A stretch of DNA of 64,000 bases from Candidatus Peregrinibacteria bacterium (GTDB taxonomy: Bacteria; Patescibacteriota; Gracilibacteria; UBA1369): contig OY970195.1 of NCBI GenBank assembly GCA_963708185.1, forward strand, positions 416,001 through 480,000. The letters are read 5' to 3'. A program made the position numbers and the translations under genes. Positions 50,501 to 62,054 of the stretch are shown piece after piece (within the stretch, counting starts at the first letter, position 1; each line of letters begins with the position of its first letter). The notes under the pieces were generated by a model. The model was not told the DNA's origin, did not search any database, and was given only the letters and a program-made list of their open reading frames with translations.

Positions 50501-50804
50501 TGGCCGTAATTTCCAGTTGTGTGTAGTTTTGTCGATGGCCCTGGGTTTTCTTGAAGCGTTTCTTTGGCGTGAATTTGAAAACGCGGATCTTTTCGCCCTT
50601 GAAATGTTTGACCACTTTTGCCTCCACGGTCGCGCCTTTCAGGTAAGGCATGCCGATTTCAACTTCTTTGTCGTCTTTCGAGACCAAAAGGACTTTATTG
50701 AATTTTACCGGTTTTCCGGCTTCCGTTTCCAGAAGTTCAACGTCGATTTTGGCATTTGGGGCGACCTTGTACTGTCGTCCTCCGATTTCTACAACTGCAA
50801 ACAT
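50490..50804 (-). CDS. rplU: 50S ribosomal protein L21
   Basis: MFAVVEIGGRQYKV, GHRQNYT. Confidence 0.97.
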   Translation of the reverse strand: MFAVVEIGGRQYKVAPNAKIDVELLETEAGKPVKFNKVLLVSKDDKEVEIGMPYLKGATVEAKVVKHFKGEKIRVFKFTPKKRFKKTQGHRQNYTQLEITAING

Positions 50805-50861
50805 AGGTTTTTTGATAAAAATTGCTCTGATAAATTACTGAAGTTTGACCCAAAAATCAAG

Positions 50862-51311
50862 CTATTCTTTTGATTTATTCCCTGTTTCTTGAGAAATTCC
50901 TGCAGAATGGACCGTCGGAGGAGGGATGGTCGGCACCTGTCGACGTGAACGGATCAGCATTTCATTGACGGTACGACGGCAATCGCGAAGGGCTTCCTGA
51001 TTTGCTGGTGAGTCGATTGATTGCTCGTTGGCCGTAATTTGTCTTTGCAGGGCGGAAATGATTTCAACCCTTCGGGCCGGCAGGGTTTCGGCCGCCTGTT
51101 CAAATACCCGGTCAAGGTCGCTGAAATCAAGACTCAATGGCTGATTTGTACGATTGTCCCCATTCGGACCTGAAGTTTTTTTTATATATTTGTCCAGATC
51201 CGGGTTCCTTATCGTGGGTTTGGTGAAGACGTCTGAAGCTTTTACAGTTGAAGGAGCGCTTTCTTCTCGGAATTCCTCGATGTCGAATCCTGAGTTTCTT
51301 CTGTTGTTCAT
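50862..51311 (-). CDS. Hypothetical protein
   Basis: ORF fills the rplU-pth gap; start uncertain. Confidence 0.55.
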   Translation of the reverse strand: MNNRRNSGFDIEEFREESAPSTVKASDVFTKPTIRNPDLDKYIKKTSGPNGDNRTNQPLSLDFSDLDRVFEQAAETLPARRVEIISALQRQITANEQSIDSPANQEALRDCRRTVNEMLIRSRRQVPTIPPPTVHSAGISQETGNKSKE

Positions 51312-51486
51312 GTCCGATATGTAAAGTTTATAGAATGCGCGCAAATAGTAATTTTTTCACCATGAAAGTCAAGAGTTGGCTGGATAAGGAATATTTCCGC
51401 AATTAAGGAGGATATGCACGCAGCTTTGGACGAGCCGCTTGCCAGTCTTGATGAATTTGAAGAGAAACACTGATTTCGTTGTTGTT

Positions 51487-52065
51487 TCAGTTGTAGGTAT
51501 TCATGGCGTCTTCAATTCCTTGATTCAGCCATGTTTTGGCTGCGGCTGCCGCTTTTTTGAGGACACGAGGAAGTTCTTTCTTTTCTTCCTTGTTGAATGG
51601 TTTTAAAACCGCGTTTTTCATATCCATTTTCATCTGGAGTACCAGATCGTTGTTTGCATTTTTTAGTCCTATTCTTATCCGCGGGAAATTTTCACCGAGA
51701 TGCTGGACCATGGATTTCATGCCGTTATGCGTCCCGGGACCGCCGTTGGCACGGATCCTCAATGTTCCAAAGGGGATGTCGAAATCATCGAAAATGCAGA
51801 GAATGTCTTCAGGTATCACTTTATAATATTTGGCGAGCAGTTGAACAGATTCGCCCGAGAGGTTCATGAAGGTGAGAGGTTTAACCAGCAAGAGTTTTTC
51901 ATTTTCAAATGCGGAAACGCTTAGGAGAGTTTTGAATTTTTTTTCTTCCTTGAAAGCTTCACCGTCGAGTTCTTTCCTGAGTTCGTCCAGGACCATCCAG
52001 CCGGCATTGTGTCTGCTGCCTTCGTACTCTTTTCCCGGATTGCCGAGTCCGACGACGATTTTCAT
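51487..52065 (-). CDS. pth: Peptidyl-tRNA hydrolase
   Basis: VGLGNPG, RHNAG, KPLTFMNLSG, GTHNGMKS. Confidence 0.96.
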   Translation of the reverse strand: MKIVVGLGNPGKEYEGSRHNAGWMVLDELRKELDGEAFKEEKKFKTLLSVSAFENEKLLLVKPLTFMNLSGESVQLLAKYYKVIPEDILCIFDDFDIPFGTLRIRANGGPGTHNGMKSMVQHLGENFPRIRIGLKNANNDLVLQMKMDMKNAVLKPFNKEEKKELPRVLKKAAAAAKTWLNQGIEDAMNTYN

Positions 52066-52340
52066 AAGGGGTGGATAAGTATCTGAAATAAACCAAAGAT
52101 TGCTATCAGCGCCCAAACGACGTTGAGTGCCGCCGGCTGGTAGGCCTTTTTGTTGAGGGAAAGGATGATAATGCCGACTGCTCCCGTGCCGTTGAGTATT
52201 TGGTACCACGGATTGACGACAGATATGACGTTAAAGCTGTTGAGGGCATATGCGGTGATGATGGCAACCGTACCGTACCAGCCAAGTATTTCAATAATGA
52301 TGCTGCGCGATGGGTTTTGTTTTTTCGGAGTCATGGTCAC
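52062..52340 (-). CDS. Small 3-TM membrane protein (CBU_0592-like)
   Basis: GW.G...II.AY.L, YQ.LN..G, LN.VW..I. Confidence 0.75.
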   Translation of the reverse strand: MTMTPKKQNPSRSIIIEILGWYGTVAIITAYALNSFNVISVVNPWYQILNGTGAVGIIILSLNKKAYQPAALNVVWALIAIFGLFQILIHPL

Positions 52341-52358
52341 AGTTTATGAATGCAAGAG

Positions 52359-53819
<1,461 letters not shown>

Positions 53820-53944
53820 TTAAAGCGTATTCTTGGGGTAATTCATCTTCCCATTGGTATCGTCGTTGTATTGTTAAAATTGCCGTTTTTTGTTATAATG
53901 ATAGGAAAAAAAGGGTTTTTTTGAGTGCCAACAGCATCCTCATT

Positions 53945-56185
53945 ATGCAATTCAGACTTAAAAAAGAATTAACCAATGAAATCCTCATTCTTACGAGTGG
54001 TTTTATTTGTTATTTTTTGGTGATTTCGCTCTATGTCGAATCTTTGAGTAATTTTATTTCAGATGTCGGTGTCAATATGCTCCCGATAGTTTTACTGGTG
54101 AGATCGTTGCTGTTTGGCATATTTACGATCATTTTTGTGGGTATATCTTCAAGATTCCGCCAGCAGAGAATTTTTGCGGTTTTGGTTTTGATTTTTGCTC
54201 TTTCTTTTGCCGTTCTCCCTCATCTTGAAAAAGGATCTTGGTTTTTGACGGTTTATTTTTATTTTGTTACTTCGTTGTTTTTTACTTTCTTAGACGTGGG
54301 TCTTATCTTATTCGCTACAAATTTCGTCAATCCTATTCGTGCAAAAACTTTCTTGCCTTTGCTTTCCTCCGTTGCTTCGATCGGTTTGATCGCAGGTTCA
54401 TATTTCAGCGCGAACTTCAATCATCTCAATTCTGAAACCGGATATGGTTATATCCCTGCTACTTTGCTTGTGCTTGTGGCAACCATGATGAGTTCACTGA
54501 GGAAGCCGCACGGGTTGCCATCACCACAAAATATTCAGAAAGTTCATCATGGAAATTTCAAGAAAATGATCGCTCAGAGCCTTGAATACGTCTTCAAAAC
54601 ATCTCTTTTTCGCTATCTCGCCATAGGGACAGTTCTTTTCATCTGCTTGCAGTTTTTTGTAGAATTCAAACAAAACACCGTTTTGATGCAAAGTATTCTT
54701 CCTGAAGATCTGAATACCGTCTTGGGAAAAATTTTCTTTGCGGAAAATATGCTCCGACTAGCAGTTTCAGTTTTTTTCGTAAAAAAAATTCTCTTCCGAT
54801 TTGGAGTTCTCAATACAATGATGTTATTCGCCGTGGTAGTATTACTTTCTGTTGTAAGCGCTTTTTTGCTCGGATGGAACGTCGCCGGAGTTGTTCTGGT
54901 CTACCTCGTTTTTTCAGTTTCCTACGTGACGCTCTATCAGGTCGCTTCGTCGCAATCCGTTGCTTTTTTGCCTGAGCATTTTGTTCAAGGCGTCAGTTAT
55001 ATTTTTAATCAATTGAGTGTAGCTGTTGCTTCGGTCTTGGCTTCGTGCTTTCTTCTTTTATATTCTTATAATCTGGGTCTTGAAAGATACATCAATACCG
55101 GATTTATTACCGTGATCGCAGTTGTCGGCATGGCGTTGATCTTCAAACTTCGCAAGAGCTATCAAGGTAAACTTCAGGAGAACGTTGCTTCAGAAAACGG
55201 TTATCTTCAAAAAAAGGTCATCGCTTTACTTGCCGAAAAGGCTCAGAAAAATAAAGGAGAAAACCTTCTCAGGAAGTTACTGAGTAAGCACGACCTTTCA
55301 AAAGACATGAAAGAAGACGTCATCTACTCGTTAAGTATTATCGGTAATCCTCAGACGGTTGCAGACCTTATCCAGTGTCTCGACGACACGAGTGACAAGG
55401 TGAAGTTCGCGACACTCCGTGCTATCCACCATATGCTTCGTTATCACAGGATTTTAAAAAAATATCCTTTTACCAAACATCAGCTCCTTGAGGCCTACGA
55501 AAACATTTTCATCAGCAATGTTTCGAACTATATCAAGCAAGAAGTCATGAACACCCTCAAGTATTTTGAAATTGAGGACATCATCCAGTTTTTGGAAAAG
55601 AACCTCCGCAATGATGACAATAACGTCGTCATGTATACTCTTGAAACACTTTCGAATTTCAACGACAGAAGCATTGTCCATTATTTGAAACCTTTTCTTG
55701 AAAACCAAAATCCCCATTTGAGAAGTTCAGCGATCGTGGGGATGTGGAAGTTCAGCGATTACCGTCCTCTGCTTCTCCAGAAAATTGGTGAAATATTGAA
55801 GTGCAAAACCCAGGATGACGAAGAGTGTGCAGTGTTTTTGATCGATCATCTTGATCTCTACTGGGAGAAAGATCTTTTGAGGAAGATTGTGGAGAAAAAT
55901 AACGATAAGAGCGCCCTTTATGCTCTTATTACCCTTATTAAACTCGGGGAAACGAATTATATCGAAAAACTTCTTGCTGAGATGAGTGAGCTGGAACGAA
56001 AAAATGAAAAATCGAAACTTGAACTCCTTTTATCAAAATACCGTTCCCTCAATCGCAAAACGAAGAATGCTATTTTGAAAAAGATCGACCGGATGCCTTA
56101 TGAAAGGATTCAGGATTTTTACCAGAGTTTCGCGACATCGCGCTATATTTTCAAGAAAGAACTTGAAGCCCTGGGGCCTGATTGA
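53945..56185 (+). CDS. MFS/NTT-like transporter fused to HEAT repeats
   Basis: About 12 TMs with P.RAK...PL...ASIG.I.G and FRFG...; C-terminal HEAT-like helical repeats. Confidence 0.7.
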   Translation: MQFRLKKELTNEILILTSGFICYFLVISLYVESLSNFISDVGVNMLPIVLLVRSLLFGIFTIIFVGISSRFRQQRIFAVLVLIFALSFAVLPHLEKGSWFLTVYFYFVTSLFFTFLDVGLILFATNFVNPIRAKTFLPLLSSVASIGLIAGSYFSANFNHLNSETGYGYIPATLLVLVATMMSSLRKPHGLPSPQNIQKVHHGNFKKMIAQSLEYVFKTSLFRYLAIGTVLFICLQFFVEFKQNTVLMQSILPEDLNTVLGKIFFAENMLRLAVSVFFVKKILFRFGVLNTMMLFAVVVLLSVVSAFLLGWNVAGVVLVYLVFSVSYVTLYQVASSQSVAFLPEHFVQGVSYIFNQLSVAVASVLASCFLLLYSYNLGLERYINTGFITVIAVVGMALIFKLRKSYQGKLQENVASENGYLQKKVIALLAEKAQKNKGENLLRKLLSKHDLSKDMKEDVIYSLSIIGNPQTVADLIQCLDDTSDKVKFATLRAIHHMLRYHRILKKYPFTKHQLLEAYENIFISNVSNYIKQEVMNTLKYFEIEDIIQFLEKNLRNDDNNVVMYTLETLSNFNDRSIVHYLKPFLENQNPHLRSSAIVGMWKFSDYRPLLLQKIGEILKCKTQDDEECAVFLIDHLDLYWEKDLLRKIVEKNNDKSALYALITLIKLGETNYIEKLLAEMSELERKNEKSKLELLLSKYRSLNRKTKNAILKKIDRMPYERIQDFYQSFATSRYIFKKELEALGPD

Positions 56186-56211
56186 TATCATGGTTTTTAC
56201 TTTCAGCTTAG

Positions 56212-56240
56212 TTGACTTGGCTGGGTTTTATGCCTACTAT
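56212..56240 (+). promoter_or_regulatory. sigma70 promoter TTGACT-N17-TACTAT for tRNA-Leu
   Basis: Near-consensus boxes about 50 nt upstream of the tRNA. Confidence 0.65.
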
Positions 56241-56291
56241 TCACCGTGCATTTATCAGCTGTTTAAACGTACTTCGATAAGTCTTTTTTTC

Positions 56292-56378
56292 GGGCGAGTG
56301 GCGGAACTGGCAGACGCGCACGACTCAAAATCGTGTATCAGCAATGATGTGAGGGTTCAAGTCCCTCCTCGCCCACCA
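56292..56378 (+). tRNA. tRNA-Leu(CAA)
   Basis: GGGCGAG/CTCGCCC acceptor stem, CACGA-CTCAAAA-TCGTG anticodon arm, long variable arm, GGTTCAAGTCC, encoded CCA. Confidence 0.97.
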
Positions 56379-56470
56379 TAGAACGTCTTGGTTGACTTTG
56401 AGGAGTTATATGTGTTACTTTGTGGTTGTCCAATAGGTTGTAGTTTTGTGGGGTTATGTGAAGTCACGTC

Positions 56471-56510
56471 AATAAATTCCTGCAGCGAAGCTTAAAGGAA
56501 TTTATTTTTT
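56471..56510 (+). terminator. 11-bp hairpin plus T-run upstream of the cold-shock gene (terminator or attenuator)
   Basis: AATAAATTCCT/AGGAATTTATT followed by TTTT. Confidence 0.5.
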
Positions 56511-56524
56511 AACCTTTTCTTCAT

Positions 56525-56743
56525 ATGAAAGGTACCATCAAAAAACTTACAGATAAGTTTTTTGGATTCATCACTCCTGAAGATGGCGGTAAAGACGTCT
56601 TCTTCCATGGAAACGATGTTGTCGGAGGCAAATTTGACGATTTGCACGAAGGCGACGCCGTGACCTTCGACATGGGTGATTCCCCAAAGGGCCCGAAAGC
56701 CACCAACGTGGCCAAGGCCGGAGACATGGACAACGCTGCTTAA
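56525..56743 (+). CDS. cspA: Cold-shock protein
   Basis: [17 protein letters not shown]. Confidence 0.93.
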   Translation: MKGTIKKLTDKFFGFITPEDGGKDVFFHGNDVVGGKFDDLHEGDAVTFDMGDSPKGPKATNVAKAGDMDNAA

Positions 56744-56761
56744 ACAGTTTGTACATCTTCA

Positions 56762-56793
56762 AAAGACCGTTTTCCTTCGGGGAAGCGGTCTTT
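56762..56793 (+). terminator. Intrinsic terminator with C(UUCG)G loop
   Basis: AAAGACCGTTTTCC-TTCG-GGGAAGCGGTCTTT. Confidence 0.8.
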
Positions 56794-56833
56794 CTGGTAT
56801 AATGGGTCCAATGTTTCACTAAATCAATTTCTT

Positions 56834-57073
56834 ATGCTTATTCTTATACACAGAGAAGAGTGCCCGTTCTGTCAGAAAGTGCGTCAGTTCATGTCTGACA
56901 ATCATGTGAGTTACGTCAGTCTCGTCAGCCCGAAAGGTTCCCCATCCCGTAAGATTTTGACCCAGCTTGGGGGAAAAGAGCAGGTGCCCTTTCTTGTCGA
57001 TACCGATAAAGGTGAGATGATGTATGAATCGGACGATATCATTGAATACGTAAAGAAGCATTACCTGAAGTAG
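56834..57073 (+). CDS. Glutaredoxin/GST N-terminal domain protein
   Basis: CPFC, QVPFLVD, YESDDII. Confidence 0.9.
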   Translation: MLILIHREECPFCQKVRQFMSDNHVSYVSLVSPKGSPSRKILTQLGGKEQVPFLVDTDKGEMMYESDDIIEYVKKHYLK

Positions 57074-57157
57074 ATTGACGACGCGGTATCTATGTTTTTC
57101 GTGGAAAAAATGTTATAATACTTTCAGTATGTATTTCTGATTTTTTCTTCATCTCAA

Positions 57158-57868
57158 ATGCCAAAAAAACAAAAAACACAAGGAAAAAAAACACTCATGG
57201 TGAAAGCTGATAAGGTCCTGAAACCCAAAAAACTCAATCTGAAGCAAGAGCTTGAAAAGTGCGACTTCGGCGTGGCCATTTTCGGTTCGGCACGCATCAA
57301 AATGAACCAGAAGGTCTATAAGCAGGTTTTTGATCTTGCGGAAATGATCGGAAGACGCGGGTATGACCTCATCACCGGCGGGGGGCCGGGACTCATGGAG
57401 GCTGCAGCTTCCGGACACGATGAAGGCGATAAATTGCGCCGAGCCGATTTGATCGGCCTGACGATCAAGTTGCCTTTCGAGGAATCAGTGAATCAATATC
57501 TTGAACTCCGTAAAGATTTCACAAGATTTTCGGAACGTCTTGAAAATTTCATGGCTTTGTCCAACGTTCTCGTCGTGACTCCTGGAGGAATCGGAACGAT
57601 GCTGGAACTGTTCTTCAGCTGGCAGCTGCTGCAGGTCCATCATGTCGAATTCAAACCGATCATTTTGATAGGAGGCATGTGGAAGCATCTTATCGCCTGG
57701 ATGAAGCGTTATATGCTTAAGGAAAATCTGGTCAGCAAGGGTGATTTTCGTTTTATTCACATCGTCAAATCACCGAAAGAAGCCATGAGGATTATCGACA
57801 AGTATCACAAAAGTTACGTCAAAGACGGGAAATGCAATTTAAGGTCCTCGAAGCATAAGCCTCGCTGA
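57158..57868 (+). CDS. LOG family nucleotide-binding protein
   Basis: IFGSAR, TGGGPGLMEAA, PGGIGTMLEL. Confidence 0.9.
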   Translation: MPKKQKTQGKKTLMVKADKVLKPKKLNLKQELEKCDFGVAIFGSARIKMNQKVYKQVFDLAEMIGRRGYDLITGGGPGLMEAAASGHDEGDKLRRADLIGLTIKLPFEESVNQYLELRKDFTRFSERLENFMALSNVLVVTPGGIGTMLELFFSWQLLQVHHVEFKPIILIGGMWKHLIAWMKRYMLKENLVSKGDFRFIHIVKSPKEAMRIIDKYHKSYVKDGKCNLRSSKHKPR

Positions 57869-57872
57869 TCGA

Positions 57873-58211
57873 TTATTGCTTGTTGATTAAATCGTCAAAT
57901 TCACTTAAGAGCTTGACCAGTTCTCCGGCTTCATCATACCCGTCGAATTCCCGGATGGCTTTCGTCGAAACCATGCTTCGGGGAGGGAATCCGCCGTTGG
58001 TGTCCAGAACCTCATGGACTCTCGGAACAAAAATAAACTGGAGCCACTGATTGAACGTCATGGTGTCGGAGGCAAAAGCTTCTTTGAATTCGTACTTTTC
58101 CGATGGTAAGGGATCGTCCTGCCACATGTGGATTCTCTTCATCTCATTTTCTATTTTTTCTATTTCTTGTGCGACCTTTTTGCGATCGACCTGTTGCTCA
58201 TTTTGGTCCAT
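57873..58211 (-). CDS. YqcC-like protein
   Basis: W...P, F..DTM.F.QWLQFIFVPR, FD.L. Confidence 0.85.
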   Translation of the reverse strand: MDQNEQQVDRKKVAQEIEKIENEMKRIHMWQDDPLPSEKYEFKEAFASDTMTFNQWLQFIFVPRVHEVLDTNGGFPPRSMVSTKAIREFDGYDEAGELVKLLSEFDDLINKQ

Positions 58212-58238
58212 TGAAACACGGTTATGATAGTTTTAGGT

Positions 58239-58679
58239 TTAAGCGTCTTTTTTGAAGAGGTTCAGTTTCGCCTCGTCCATGGAGTTATAACATTTTATGA
58301 GCTCTGTGATCCCGACGGCTTGAAGAATGTCCAGGATGGTCGCGGGAGCTCCCAGAATGACAGCTTTCCCACCTTCTTCATTGATTTTTCCGTACCAGTC
58401 GGTCAGATAACCGATCGATTTACTGTTCATGTATTGGAGTTCGGTAAAATCGAAGAGGAGATAAAGGTTTTTCGGGTGCTGGGCGATCACGTCATAGATC
58501 GTTTTGGAGTTTTGATCGATGTTGCTTTCATCAAGCTGCCCGGAAAATTTGATGATTTTGGCGGTCATGTCCGGTTGTGGAGCTTCAAGGTCCTCGATCC
58601 TGATGTTTACGGGCGTTTGCCCCGGCATTGTCTGTTGGGAATTGGGCGGATTATTTGCCATTGGTGGGTTGTCAGCCAT
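58239..58679 (-). CDS. STAS-domain anti-sigma factor antagonist
   Basis: GQLD, DFTELQYMNSKSIG, DIL..VG. Confidence 0.87.
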   Translation of the reverse strand: MADNPPMANNPPNSQQTMPGQTPVNIRIEDLEAPQPDMTAKIIKFSGQLDESNIDQNSKTIYDVIAQHPKNLYLLFDFTELQYMNSKSIGYLTDWYGKINEEGGKAVILGAPATILDILQAVGITELIKCYNSMDEAKLNLFKKDA

Positions 58680-58759
58680 AATTTTGTTTTTAAAAAACTA
58701 ATATTATTTTATCATGAATTTCGGCCTTTGGCGAGAGGCGGTTGAGGTGAATTTTTCGG

Positions 58760-61060
58760 TCAGCCGAGTGTTTTCTTGATCTTCATGGCCGTTTTTTGTC
58801 CGACTACCTGGGCCAGTTCGTGCATGGTTGCGTTTTTGACCCCTTCGGGAGAACCGAAAGCCTGGAGGAGTTTTATCTTAAGTTCCGTTCCGATGCCGGG
58901 AACGGTGTCCAGAATTGAACTTGTGGTGGCTTTCAACCTGAGGTTTTGATGGTAACTCACGGCAAAACGATGCGCCTCGTTGCGTATGTGCTGGATGAGC
59001 AGGCTGACCGGGTCGGATTTTTCCAGTTGGATGGGGTTGGGATTCTCCGGAAGGTAAATCTCCTCTTCTTTTTTAGCCAATGAGATCATGGGAATGCTGA
59101 GTCCGTATTTTTTCATGGCTTTTTGCGCTGAACTTAACTGTCCTTTTCCTCCGTCGATAATGATGAGGTCTGGAATTTTCTTGAAGGATTTGTCTTCGGC
59201 GTATTTCGTTTTGTCGAAGGCCAGGTAGGTCATTTTTGCAACGGAAGTGAACTCATCAGGGATTTTCCGGATATGCTGAAAACCGGTTTCTTCGAAACGG
59301 GAGACCTGTTTGTCCGGGCAATGGTAATAGATGCGTTTCGCTTTGGTTTTTTCGATGATTTTTTTGACGAGAAAATTCAGGTCTATTTCATCGTCGAGCT
59401 TGATGCGTTCGATGAGGTGTCGTTTCCCGTCGGTTATTTCAACGTGAACAAATCCAATATTTTCTGCGTTTTTTTCGACAGTAAAAAAGTGTTCGTCTGC
59501 TTCAGGTTTTTTTCCGTCTGGGTACTCCCCTGCTTCCCGTATACTTACAAGGTCTTTTTTCGTCGCTTTCTTTATCTTGAAGTCATTCGAAGCCTTCGAT
59601 GACTTGAGGTATTTCAAACGACGGGTAAGCGTTTCTTCCATCGATGCGAAATCGTTCGGAGCCCCGGATTCTTCCTGATGAAGTTTGAATTTACGATAGT
59701 CCTCTTTTTTGGGAAAACCCTTTTCGAAAACGGTCATGGAACTCACGGTTTCGGTGCCTCCGAAATGGGAGATGTCATAGCATTCCAGGCGGTAGGGAAT
59801 CTTGGAAAGATTGAGCAAGTCCCTGAGATCCTGGAGAGCCTGTTCGCGATTGCCCTTTTCGGCACCCTGCCATTTGATCTGACTTTGACGGGCAAAGCTT
59901 CTGGCGTTTTCCAGTGAAAGATCCAAGAGGTGGTTTTTCTTACCGCGTTCGGGGACGATGATGGTCACTTTCTGGCCTTTCATACGGGTGAGCCATTCTT
60001 CAAGCGTTTCTTTATCGTCAATCTTATGCGGGATCAGTACTTCTTTGGGTAAATCCGCGGCTTTTTCATAGTATTGTTCAAGGAAAGCGCTGAGAGCGTC
60101 TGAATCGTCCGCGGCGTTTTGTTCCGGAGCAGCGGAGGCACTCTTGAAGGTGAAATTTTCCTGATCGATGACTTTTCCGTTCCTGAGCTGAAACAGGTTG
60201 AAATAGATTCTGCCGTCCTGTTCAACATAGTTGATGATATCGAGGTCTTTCTGGTGCGGATCACTGATGCGCTGGGGTTCAATGATGTCCTCGACTGCCT
60301 TGAGCTTGTCACGGATGGCGGCGGCGATCTCGAATTTTTTTTCCGCCGCAGCCCGGAGCATCTCGCGTTTGATGTCTTCGATAATGTCTTCGTGTTTCCC
60401 TTCCAGGAATTCGATGACTTTGTTGATTATTTTGCGGTATTCTTCAGGTGAAACGCTTGTGATGCACGGCCCGATGCAGTGCTTGGTGTGGTAGCGGAGA
60501 TTCGCTTCGGTCATGAGCATGGATTTTTTGTTTTCGCCGTATACTCCGTAATCGATCGCCATGGAGCAGTTCCTGAAGGGAAAGACCCGTTTGAGAACCT
60601 TGAGGGTTTTAATGACTTTGTGGGCCGCAGTTTTAGGGCCGATGTACTTGGCTTTGTCTTTTTGAACTTTTCTCACGAGATAGATGCGCGGGTACGGTTC
60701 CTGGACCGTGATTTTGATGTAAATGTAATTTTTGTCGTCTTTCATGAGAACGTTGTATTTCGGCCGTAGTTCTTTGATGAGGTTGGTTTCAAGGAAAAGA
60801 GCCTCAAGTTCGGTTCCCACCTCGATGTATTCGATATCTTCAATCTGTTCCACCATTTTCTGGGTACGGACGGGCTTGTCGCTTTTGTTCTGAAAATAGC
60901 TTGAAACACGGTGTTTAAGATCTTTTGCTTTGCCGACGTAGATAATCTGCCCTTCGGCGTTTTTCATTTTGTATACACCCGGTTTGTGCGGAAGATTCTT
61001 GAGTATGTGCTCAAGATAACGCCGGCGGTCTTCGGGGGTTTTTGATTCGTTCGTGGTCAT
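58760..61060 (-). CDS. uvrC: Excinuclease ABC subunit C with an internal GNAT-like insertion
   Basis: GIY-YIG PGVY/IYVGKA, PKYN, ECYDISH, DGGKGQL, RNEAHRFA, HhH. Confidence 0.96.
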   Translation of the reverse strand: MTTNESKTPEDRRRYLEHILKNLPHKPGVYKMKNAEGQIIYVGKAKDLKHRVSSYFQNKSDKPVRTQKMVEQIEDIEYIEVGTELEALFLETNLIKELRPKYNVLMKDDKNYIYIKITVQEPYPRIYLVRKVQKDKAKYIGPKTAAHKVIKTLKVLKRVFPFRNCSMAIDYGVYGENKKSMLMTEANLRYHTKHCIGPCITSVSPEEYRKIINKVIEFLEGKHEDIIEDIKREMLRAAAEKKFEIAAAIRDKLKAVEDIIEPQRISDPHQKDLDIINYVEQDGRIYFNLFQLRNGKVIDQENFTFKSASAAPEQNAADDSDALSAFLEQYYEKAADLPKEVLIPHKIDDKETLEEWLTRMKGQKVTIIVPERGKKNHLLDLSLENARSFARQSQIKWQGAEKGNREQALQDLRDLLNLSKIPYRLECYDISHFGGTETVSSMTVFEKGFPKKEDYRKFKLHQEESGAPNDFASMEETLTRRLKYLKSSKASNDFKIKKATKKDLVSIREAGEYPDGKKPEADEHFFTVEKNAENIGFVHVEITDGKRHLIERIKLDDEIDLNFLVKKIIEKTKAKRIYYHCPDKQVSRFEETGFQHIRKIPDEFTSVAKMTYLAFDKTKYAEDKSFKKIPDLIIIDGGKGQLSSAQKAMKKYGLSIPMISLAKKEEEIYLPENPNPIQLEKSDPVSLLIQHIRNEAHRFAVSYHQNLRLKATTSSILDTVPGIGTELKIKLLQAFGSPEGVKNATMHELAQVVGQKTAMKIKKTLG

Positions 61061-61127
61061 AATTTTTCGTTTGTCTTTGAAAAGTCCGTTCTCTAGTATA
61101 AGCTTTTTTTGATCTTTGTGCACTGCT

Positions 61128-62054
61128 ATGAAGTTCCCACTGCAATCACTCCGTGAACGTTGCCTTGCTACGCTGGCTTACTTTGATCTTTTCGACTATC
61201 CGTTGAAACTGGAAGAGATAGAGAGGTATTTTTTGGGCGAACTGTCTTCAAGGGAAGCACTGGAGCACTTTTTAGCTTCTTCGCGTACTTTTATCCATCA
61301 GCTGGACGGTTATTATTTCTTTCCGGGTCGGGAGCATATCGTCATCACACGGGAGGAGAGAGAAAAGGTTTCGCAACGCTACTGGAAAAAGGTAAGAAGT
61401 TTTTTGCCGTTCATACTTTTGGTTCCTTTTGTCAGGATGGTCGGCGTCTGTAACACCCTTTCCTTCAATAACGCCTCCGCGGAGAGCGATATAGACCTTT
61501 TCATCGTGGCAAAAGCCGGCAGGCTTTTCATCGTGCGCTTTTTTACGGTTCTTTTGTTCGCTTTGTTGGGCGTTCGCCGTCACGGCAATAAAATAGCAGG
61601 CAGATTCTGCCTGAGTTTTTACGTCGACGACAGTGCACTGGATATGTCGAAAATCCAGTCGGGGAGCGGAGACATTTATCTGCCGTTCTGGGTTCTGACG
61701 ATGAAACCGATCTTTGGTCGAGATACCTACAGTGCGTTCGTCAAAGCCAATCTCTGGATCGAAAAATATTTCGGACATCCGCTTTCCTTTGCCGTGGACA
61801 TCAGGAAAGGCAATCCCTTAAGGTTTTTAGGGTGGATCAAGGAGCACTTGCTCAAAGGAAAGCTCGGCGACCGGCTCGAAAACAAGCTGCGGTCGATCCA
61901 GATGAAACGTCACAAACACCATCTGGAAGATCTTCCTTCCGGAGCTTCCATCGTCGTTACCGACCATATGTTGAAGTTCCATAATATTGACCGACGTCAT
62001 GATATTGCGGTGAAGTTCCGTCGGAGGTTGGACGATATCATCGCTTCATCCTAA
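61128..62054 (+). CDS. Conserved hypothetical protein with a nucleotidyltransferase-like motif
   Basis: YFDLFDYPL, PFVRMV.V.NTLS, ESDIDLFIV, LKFH..D.R. Confidence 0.75.
   Translation: MKFPLQSLRERCLATLAYFDLFDYPLKLEEIERYFLGELSSREALEHFLASSRTFIHQLDGYYFFPGREHIVITREEREKVSQRYWKKVRSFLPFILLVPFVRMVGVCNTLSFNNASAESDIDLFIVAKAGRLFIVRFFTVLLFALLGVRRHGNKIAGRFCLSFYVDDSALDMSKIQSGSGDIYLPFWVLTMKPIFGRDTYSAFVKANLWIEKYFGHPLSFAVDIRKGNPLRFLGWIKEHLLKGKLGDRLENKLRSIQMKRHKHHLEDLPSGASIVVTDHMLKFHNIDRRHDIAVKFRRRLDDIIASS

Noticed and set aside
56292-56378. tRNA-Leu as an integration site
   Set aside because: No duplicated tRNA 3' end and no integrase seen in the window.
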